Source of the DNA: a virus
Reading direction: 5' to 3' (one strand)
Virus record (IMG/VR): IMGVR_UViG_3300045988_104813
DNA: 40,494 nucleotides
In this document: positions 25,601 through 31,805 of the stretch, piece after piece
How the letters are laid out: each line of letters opens with the position of its first letter
Numbering within the stretch: the first letter of the stretch is position 1
Program-made: the position numbers and the translations under genes
The notes under the pieces: generated by a model
Told to the model about the DNA's origin: nothing
Seen by the model: only the letters and a program-made list of their open reading frames with translations
Databases searched by the model: none

Positions 25601-27489
25601 AGAAGAATAGTGCAGAACCTGACGGCTATCAACCCGAAGACAAATTTGCGACAGTCCATTATACTGTTTCTGTTGAGGGTTCGTCTATAGAGGGACTAAG
25701 CAATAAAAGTGTTCCTGCGGCACGTTTTGGCAGTACGGGAACGTTCGTCAAAAAGAAAGTCGCAAAAGGTACACAAAACTTCGAGGGCGGTTTGGCAATG
25801 GTTAATGATGAAAAGGGTATATCTGACCCGCGAGAATTAATCGTTGACAAAGGACGTGCATTTATACCGCAGGGCAAGGACGTGTTGTTGCCATTGTCAA
25901 ATGGTGCAAAGGTGTACACAGCGTCGCAAACCAAGGCGATAATGTCGGGTATGGGTATACCGCATTACGCAACAGGAAAAGACAATTCGGACGCGTTTAC
26001 ATCAGCCAAGGACGATTGGACGCATTACACTAAAACGCACGCAGTAACGACTGCACAAGATCTTGAAAAGTGGTTAGAATTTCAAGAGAAATTCAAATCG
26101 AACGACAAGGATATTGCCGATATAGAGGAACAAATTTTCAGTCTGACACAGAAACGCACGCAGGAGTTAAACAACCTGTCAAAGTCGTACATTGAAGAAC
26201 GTGCGGCACTGAATGACTGGGACGACAACGGCGACAATCCTGTTGACGCATTTGCCCGTATTCGTGACCGCAATATGGCGGAAGTCGAGGCAGGACGTAT
26301 GACGTGGGAGGACTATACGACAGAAATGTCAAGTATAGGTTCAACGTTATACGAGAATATGACCGAATACAGTCGCGATTGGTTGGAACACCAAGAAAAA
26401 TACAACGGTATGAGTGCCGCCGATTATATCGCAGGTATCGGCAGAATACAGACGTACACCGAACAAATGTACGCACAGGGTATAATCAGCCACAAAGAAT
26501 ATGTAGAGGCTAAAAACAAGCTGAATGAAGAATATTTAGATAAACGCAAAGAACAGATTGAACAAGAATACAACATATCTAAGGACTACATCAGCGAGCA
26601 TACATATTTCAACGACTGGCAAGATAACGGCGATAATCCGCTTGATGCCTATAACCGAGTTATGGACAGGCACCGTGAGGAATTGGCGAACGGCGAGTTG
26701 ACACAGGACGAGTTCGACAAGTATCAAAGTGAATTAGGTTCGGATATGTATTCGGAGCGTGTGGAGCAGTCAAAGAACTGGTTGGAAGAACAACGCAAGT
26801 ATTACGGTATGACTGATGAAGAATATATCGCCGGTTTAAAACGTATTCAGCAGTATACACAGGAATACTATGATTTGGGGTTAATCAGCCGCAAAGAATA
26901 CAACGAAAATATGACTGAACTAAATCACGATATGTTCGACCAAGCGGGCGAATCGTTTGACGATATGCTACAGCAACAGCAGGACTACATCAATAAACTG
27001 CGTGATGAATTTTCTGCACAGGAACAGGCATTACAGGACAGTTGGACGGTAGAGGACCGCAAGGCTGATATGTCCGAAACACAGGCACAGTTGGATATTT
27101 ACGCAAATGCAGTAACAGACCGAGGACAACAAAAATACAAGGAACTGCAAGAGCAGATGAAACAACTGCAACGTGACGAAGAACTGTATCAATTACAGGT
27201 CAAGAACAATGCCACGATTGAGAAGTTGGAGGCGGAGTATGACGCGTTGGAAAACAGCAAGGCTGATTTCATCAAGTCCATTGCAACCAACATTGACAGT
27301 ATAGACGTGACGGGTATTGTGGCGGATATAACACAGGAAGTCAGCGGCGGCAATGATAAGATAACCAAGACTTTGGGTGAGATTATAGAGGCTATTAAGG
27401 GCATTAAGATTGAACAGCAGAACTATAACAACAACAGTAAAATCACAATCAATACGACTGACAGCGCCGTTTTGGGTAGCTATGTATAA
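22630..27489 (+). CDS. Tail tape measure protein (TP901-type core), 1619 aa
   Basis: Size; TP901-family core region (residues about 100-350); Ala/Gly-rich TM-like segment; position. Confidence 0.9.
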   Translation: MADAAELVVRIRGDASDLEATISGVSQQLEELERTQSNTNGVKGVRESTSAYQGLASQLKDTGKGIKEVGESIDTITKPIQYASTALAAGGVASAKFAIDFEDSFAGVKKTVDATPEQLSKIKQGIIDLSTTGIDGRGAIPQTTTELNELAAAGGQLGISQENIIDFTEVMAQMGSATNLVGEEGAATLARFQNVMGVGQNEIRNIGSAIVDLGNHSATTESEIAEMALRMGKYGSSVRMSAADVLGYSAALSSLGIEAQMGGSAIGRTWLSIETAVASGGEGLTKFAKYSGKSAEEFKKQWNTDSSGAFNGLLKGLQSAENLTVALDDLGINNTQDIQAMMALVNGYDLVTESVNRSNTAYQENTALQEEFNAKNETTASKLANTKNNIIEAARSIGETMLPSIKDASTTVADFAKGLSQMDDEQKRAVVNTGATVIAIGAISKVSAGAIKGVGGIVEAVGNIKKAFSTGGALAKFAPTLTSIGAAAGPAALAVAGIATAAIAGKVAYDKWYQSQYRWSEGLSEGNEKVKESLEKYKFLNDIQGQIKSLKMVIESPESSQEQVDNAKSKLEEIKEMLSQEYNLVINSDNSNLDDAVEQVTKLSKNELQSNINNQRAELSELVNNNANYIQTRREAQENYNKELELQTKYSEAQSKVSDITAKIANNEITAAEGYAKAKEIYKNTIGSDYENAITDESDKNAESVLASITGSYKVATGILEDYKKQLDDLDGSHQELHDTAEELSNMELELLKMSVANKDNESVEKSLSDMKEFISAGKLDMNSYAQAAALAMNGVDNLESAWEKAANGDGTELNNIINDYVHSMQKFGAYSGDIATNAALLQNGFKTVKEAAENGKLDVITEQANELAHSMGLIPENKRIVIDADGNISVVKELQQAVDDVNTKGDVKLQVDAEGDVSVLDTADEKLKELVKNDEVQIKFNVDTGGFDINDLNGNKLGEITATGKVIWTNDSTEPDNYTAPPKEGNVTFKKNSAEPDGYQPEDKFATVHYTVSVEGSSIEGLSNKSVPAARFGSTGTFVKKKVAKGTQNFEGGLAMVNDEKGISDPRELIVDKGRAFIPQGKDVLLPLSNGAKVYTASQTKAIMSGMGIPHYATGKDNSDAFTSAKDDWTHYTKTHAVTTAQDLEKWLEFQEKFKSNDKDIADIEEQIFSLTQKRTQELNNLSKSYIEERAALNDWDDNGDNPVDAFARIRDRNMAEVEAGRMTWEDYTTEMSSIGSTLYENMTEYSRDWLEHQEKYNGMSAADYIAGIGRIQTYTEQMYAQGIISHKEYVEAKNKLNEEYLDKRKEQIEQEYNISKDYISEHTYFNDWQDNGDNPLDAYNRVMDRHREELANGELTQDEFDKYQSELGSDMYSERVEQSKNWLEEQRKYYGMTDEEYIAGLKRIQQYTQEYYDLGLISRKEYNENMTELNHDMFDQAGESFDDMLQQQQDYINKLRDEFSAQEQALQDSWTVEDRKADMSETQAQLDIYANAVTDRGQQKYKELQEQMKQLQRDEELYQLQVKNNATIEKLEAEYDALENSKADFIKSIATNIDSIDVTGIVADITQEVSGGNDKITKTLGEIIEAIKGIKIEQQNYNNNSKITINTTDSAVLGSYV
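26208..26935 (+). repeat. Two tandem ~131-aa coding repeats inside the tape measure gene (NDWDDNGDNPVDAF…/NDWQDNGDNPLDAY…)
   Basis: Protein-level repeat read from the translation; period about 393 nt. Confidence 0.6.
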
Positions 27490-27505
27490 TGCGCGGAGGT
27501 AGAAA

Positions 27506-28336
27506 ATGCGAAACGGATTTTATTTTAAAAACAAACATTCAAACGATTTCGGAGTGACTGTACAAACGCAGTCACGTCCGATTAAACCTGAAATGAAAAT
27601 ACAGACATATGACAGCCCATATATAGACGGTGAATATGATTTTTCAACGGCAAATGCGTACAACCGTGAATTTTATAAAAACCGTGTATTTAAAATGAAT
27701 TTGCAAATATCGGCGGCGGATATGTCTGAACTGAACAGCAAAATCACAAAAATCACAACGTGGTTAATGGGACGCGGTGAGTTGATATTTGACGACACAC
27801 CGAATGTCAAATGGAACGCAACAGTTATTGAAACGATTGACTACAAACCCGAAAACTACGGACGCAAAGCGGTCATTTCGGTGTCGTTCAAGGTGCAGAC
27901 GTGGGCGGCGTTGGTATTTGATATTTTTGACGGTCCGATATTGGATAGCCAAAACATCAAATTAGATGATGAAATACCAATCGGACCGAATGAATATTAC
28001 ACGATTACAACGGCAGGCGACAGCACAATACATAACACAGGCGACCGTCCTGTCAGACCTGTTTTGCGTGCTACAAACGTCACAAAACCTACAACGATAA
28101 CCTGTAACGGTATCAGTATTACGGTGTCGGAAAACTGCGTTATTGACTGCGACAAACAGTCGGTAACAGACGTAAACGGCAACAGTATTATGAAAAAAAT
28201 CAAAGGTAGTTTTTTTGAACTGGAAACAGGGGCGAATACAATAAATTTATCCACGACGGCAACGGTCGAATTTTCATTTTATCCACAGTCTGTGTGGAAT
28301 ACAGAAACGGAGGATATATACAAATGGGACAGATAA
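27506..28336 (+). CDS. Distal tail protein (Dit, Sipho_tail family)
   Basis: Position after the tape measure; size; N-terminal pattern. Confidence 0.8.
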   Translation: MRNGFYFKNKHSNDFGVTVQTQSRPIKPEMKIQTYDSPYIDGEYDFSTANAYNREFYKNRVFKMNLQISAADMSELNSKITKITTWLMGRGELIFDDTPNVKWNATVIETIDYKPENYGRKAVISVSFKVQTWAALVFDIFDGPILDSQNIKLDDEIPIGPNEYYTITTAGDSTIHNTGDRPVRPVLRATNVTKPTTITCNGISITVSENCVIDCDKQSVTDVNGNSIMKKIKGSFFELETGANTINLSTTATVEFSFYPQSVWNTETEDIYKWDR

Positions 28337-30006
28337 CATTTATGCGATTGCACGACAGATATACAGACAGTTTTGAAACAGGTGAGGTACTGAACAACGC
28401 ATATAACGTCAAAGAAACAAGGATATTGAACGATACGGGAAGTATTGAATTTGACTATCCATACGACGAAAAGGCACGTCTAATCAGTCAAAATATGTTG
28501 GTTAGCGTAAACGGTCATATATACGAAATCAGCCGAACAACACGAAATATGAACGGTGCGGATTCACTGCACGTTTACGGTACACCACATTTTGTGTATG
28601 AGGCGCAGAAAGCGTTTATACCGACAATCGGCGACCATATCGGTAAAAGTTCAAGATATGTTCTAAAACAAGCGATTGATATTATATCAGATTTTAAAAA
28701 GACGGTCGGGGAAAGGTGCATTTTTCACATTATGACAGATGCAGAGCTGACCGCCAAAGGAATGAAGTGGGTTGCAGATGATGAACTGCTGATTGATTTT
28801 TTCTCTACCGACAAAACGAATTTGTGGGACGTTATAAAAACGATAATAGAAAATTTGGGGCGTGGCGAGATATTCCACGAAACAACTATCGACAGTAATA
28901 ACAACATTGTATGTAACATTGCCATTGTTGAACGTATCGGCACAGATAACGGCGTCAGACTGCGTTTAGAAAAAAATATGCAAAGCATATCAATAGAACG
29001 CAACGTAAGCGATATGATAACGCGTTTATGGGCGTTCGGAAGTGACGATTTAACAGTCAGCAGTGTAAACGGCGGCAAAGCATATATAGACAGTCCAAAC
29101 ATTGAAAAATACGGAGTACAAGAGGGGTACAAGGACTATAGCGATTATACATCAGCGGCCAAACTGTACCGTAATGCAAAGTGGGAATTTGATGAGGATA
29201 ACGAGGATAGAATTGACGTACCACAGTTGACAATCAGCGGTAAATTGATTGACCTATCAAAATTAGCTGAATACGGCGACGCTGAAAAGTTGGAGATAGG
29301 CGACACGGTCCACGTCTTTGACCTTGATGGGACGGAGTATGTGCAACGAGTAACAGAATACCAAGCGTATCCGTTAGAGCCGAAAGAATCTAATATATCA
29401 ATCGGGCATATCAGACGTGATTTTTTTATCGAACTATGGCAAACGTCAGAAAAAACAAAGAAATTTGCAAAGTGGCAGACCGCAAATAACAGCGTAAACA
29501 TTCGCAAAGTGCAAGGAACGGTGAACACAGATCGAAACGAAGTGCAGTCGGATAATAACCTGCTTAAAATAGTGGGTGATTTGCTGACGATAAGCGACGG
29601 CGCTAATATCCGTATACGGCTCGGAAATTATAAAGGTGAGTTTGTTTTTATTATTTACGACAAAAAGAACAATCAAGCCGTGTACCTCAATGAAAACGGC
29701 GAGGCGGTATTCAGCGGAAGCGTTGACACTAAAAAGGACGCAACTATCGGAAGCTGTCTGTATTTACAGACAACGGAGCTTGTGGGAAATATACAACAGC
29801 CTGCAATACGTTTTAAAAATAAAGACGGCGAGGTTATATTTGAAATATCAGTGACAGAGGACGGTTGCTTGCGCTTTATTCCGATATTGGGGACAGGTAA
29901 GGTTTTGCTTGGAAATACCGAAGCGGCAAGTAAAGATGATATTCAAAAGTTGCAGAGTGACATCAAGGGTTTAGCAGATAGAATTTCAGCGTTGGAAAAA
30001 GCATAA
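28324..30006 (+). CDS. Tail-associated lysin / tail endopeptidase-like protein (Tal) with C-terminal coiled coil
   Basis: Position after Dit; start moved to ATG 28324 (GGAGGA RBS). Confidence 0.6.
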   Translation: MGQITFMRLHDRYTDSFETGEVLNNAYNVKETRILNDTGSIEFDYPYDEKARLISQNMLVSVNGHIYEISRTTRNMNGADSLHVYGTPHFVYEAQKAFIPTIGDHIGKSSRYVLKQAIDIISDFKKTVGERCIFHIMTDAELTAKGMKWVADDELLIDFFSTDKTNLWDVIKTIIENLGRGEIFHETTIDSNNNIVCNIAIVERIGTDNGVRLRLEKNMQSISIERNVSDMITRLWAFGSDDLTVSSVNGGKAYIDSPNIEKYGVQEGYKDYSDYTSAAKLYRNAKWEFDEDNEDRIDVPQLTISGKLIDLSKLAEYGDAEKLEIGDTVHVFDLDGTEYVQRVTEYQAYPLEPKESNISIGHIRRDFFIELWQTSEKTKKFAKWQTANNSVNIRKVQGTVNTDRNEVQSDNNLLKIVGDLLTISDGANIRIRLGNYKGEFVFIIYDKKNNQAVYLNENGEAVFSGSVDTKKDATIGSCLYLQTTELVGNIQQPAIRFKNKDGEVIFEISVTEDGCLRFIPILGTGKVLLGNTEAASKDDIQKLQSDIKGLADRISALEKA

Positions 30007-30011
30007 AAATA

Positions 30012-30035
30012 ATAGGTGCCGTTTTGGACACCTAT
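30012..30035. terminator. Bidirectional hairpin terminator ATAGGTGCC-gttttg-GACACCTAT between convergent Tal (+) and the moron (-)
   Basis: Inverted repeat; A-tract on + side, T-tract on - side. Confidence 0.6.
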
Positions 30036-30559
30036 TGTCTTAATTTATTTATTGCTGGAACGACGGATTTTATATAGTAATCATAAGGAATGTACGTTCC
30101 GTTTATGATAGGTACATCAGTAAGTACATCTGTATAATCTTTCCTATTGTAAAAATCAGTTCCGGCAAATGTATAAGAACCTAATCCAATATCATCAAGC
30201 ATTTCTTCGATACTTGAGATAAATATATAATTAACTCCGTCAACCTCATGAGGTGCTAATTCCGGCAATGGTTCAGCCGCGCTAATTGTCGGCACGTCTG
30301 TCGGTTCGGGGCAAACAGAAATAGTATTAACCGTAATAGTGTTATCACTGAAACCGACATTAAAACCGCCGACAGCGTCGGCAACGTCACGTAATTTGAA
30401 ATATGTATTATCGTTGATGTTGTAACCCTCTATCGCCGTTTCTGTACCGTTTACGGCAACAGGGAACGGGTTAGCCGTTACGGCATATTCTACGGCGAAA
30501 CCTGTCGCGGTCGCACAGATTATACCGCCTGTTATAAAACCTAATATAAATTTTTTCAT
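30032..30559 (-). CDS. Moron: secreted/membrane-anchored protein with signal/TM segment and a copper-amine-oxidase-N-terminal-like (Cu_amine_oxidN1) domain
   Basis: Only sizeable minus-strand gene in the structural region; start moved to MKKF (AAGGAGG RBS); AVNGTETAIEGYNINDNTYFKLRDVADAVGGFNVGFSDNTITV matches the stalk-domain pattern; low GC. Confidence 0.6.
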   Translation of the reverse strand: MKKFILGFITGGIICATATGFAVEYAVTANPFPVAVNGTETAIEGYNINDNTYFKLRDVADAVGGFNVGFSDNTITVNTISVCPEPTDVPTISAAEPLPELAPHEVDGVNYIFISSIEEMLDDIGLGSYTFAGTDFYNRKDYTDVLTDVPIINGTYIPYDYYIKSVVPAINKLRQ

Positions 30560-30584
30560 AGCTTGTAGCCTCCTTTTTGTTTTT

Positions 30585-30628
30585 AATATATAATAATTTG
30601 TGCATTTTGTCAATATTTGTTTGACAAT
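30585..30628 (-). promoter_or_regulatory. Minus-strand promoter for the moron (TTGACA, 17 nt, TATATT) overlapped by the palindrome TTGTCAA-tatttgt-TTGACAA
   Basis: Read on the reverse complement; 7-bp perfect arms. Confidence 0.4.
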
Positions 30629-30682
30629 ACAGCATTAATATGGTAATATAAAAATAAAAAGAAAAAAATTCTAAAAAACTAT

Positions 30683-30711
30683 TGCTTTTTTTAAGCAGAT
30701 AGAATATAATA
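30683..30711 (+). promoter_or_regulatory. Promoter for the Abi-like gene: TTGCTT, 17 nt, TATAAT
   Basis: Read directly. Confidence 0.45.
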
Positions 30712-30726
30712 TAACGCATGAGATAG

Positions 30727-30786
30727 GCCTCAACACGCCTCTTCGCAATGCGAATGCGTACCATGTTGAGGCTGCTTTTTTATTTT
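30727..30786 (+). terminator. Leader hairpin with T-tract between promoter and Abi start (outer stem GCCTCAACA/TGTTGAGGC, inner palindrome TTCGCA-A-TGCGAA, then TGCTTTTTTATTTT); possible attenuator
   Basis: Read directly. Confidence 0.4.
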
Positions 30787-30797
30787 AGGAGTATTGT

Positions 30798-31655
30798 ATG
30801 GAAATAAAAAGACCGACTACAATAGAAGAACAAATAAAAATTTTAGGTGGTAGAAAGTTAGTTATTGAAGATGTTGAATTCGCTCAAAATGTACTTTTAT
30901 CGGTAAATTATTATAATTTTACTGGTTATTTACATACATATAAAAATGCAGATGACAATTACGAAAACATTTCTTTTAATCAAGCGTATAGAATATATCT
31001 ATGCGATAGACGTATTAGGTCTACTATATTATACGCGATAGAGAGTATTGAACATAATTTAAAGACGAAAATCGCTTATGTAATAGCGATGAATACCTGT
31101 GCAACATCTTACTTAAACAAAGATATTTTCGTGGATGAAGAAGAACACCAAAAACTACTACAAAAATTTGGACAAGCAATAAATAGAAATAGTAAAATAC
31201 CATTCGTAAAACATCACATAAAGAAATATGACAGAAGATTTCCTATTTGGGTAGCTATTGAAATTTTTACCTTAGGAATGGTGTGGAATTGTTATAAAAA
31301 TTTAAAGACACCTCTAAAAAAGAAGATTGCATCAAAATTTAATATAGGTTCCGTTTATTTGGAGAGCTGGATTGAATGTATATCTTATTTACGAAATGTA
31401 TGCGCACACTATATGAGGTTATATAGATTTAAGGTACAGAAGACACCTAAAAAGAGTAAAAAACATAGTATGAATAATATATCTCACTGCATATATGACA
31501 TTATAAATGTAATGCGTTTTTTAATGCCAAGTAAAGATGAATGGAATAATTACATAATTTCTAATATTGCTCAAATCTTTGAAGAATATAAAGATGTTGT
31601 AAGTCCTGAAGATTATGGTTTTCCAAAGGACTGGGAAAAAACTTTAACATTATAA
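30798..31655 (+). CDS. Abortive-infection protein, Abi_2 (AbiD/AbiF-like) family
   Basis: N-terminal TIEEQIKILGGRKL…SVNYYNFTGY and C-terminal WVAIEIFTLG…YLRNVCAH motifs typical of Abi_2; strongly AT-rich; flanked by own promoter and terminators. Confidence 0.75.
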   Translation: MEIKRPTTIEEQIKILGGRKLVIEDVEFAQNVLLSVNYYNFTGYLHTYKNADDNYENISFNQAYRIYLCDRRIRSTILYAIESIEHNLKTKIAYVIAMNTCATSYLNKDIFVDEEEHQKLLQKFGQAINRNSKIPFVKHHIKKYDRRFPIWVAIEIFTLGMVWNCYKNLKTPLKKKIASKFNIGSVYLESWIECISYLRNVCAHYMRLYRFKVQKTPKKSKKHSMNNISHCIYDIINVMRFLMPSKDEWNNYIISNIAQIFEEYKDVVSPEDYGFPKDWEKTLTL

Positions 31656-31665
31656 TATTGAAATT

Positions 31666-31691
31666 AAGCACGTCTTACGGCGTGCTTTTTT
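31666..31691 (+). terminator. Rho-independent terminator AAGCACG-tcttacgg-CGTGCTTTTTT (copy 1 of a duplicated unit)
   Basis: Read directly. Confidence 0.75.
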
Positions 31692-31737
31692 CGTACCCAA
31701 AATGAGGTGACACAATGTACAGACGAATACCACCATA

Positions 31738-31760
31738 GCACGCTTACGGCGTGTTTTTTT
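31738..31760 (+). terminator. Near-identical second terminator AGCACG-cttacgg-CGTGTTTTTTT (copy 2, about 72 bp downstream)
   Basis: Read directly. Confidence 0.7.
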
Positions 31761-31805
31761 AATACCAAAATCCCAATCAATTATGATTTAGAAAGGACGG
31801 ATAAA

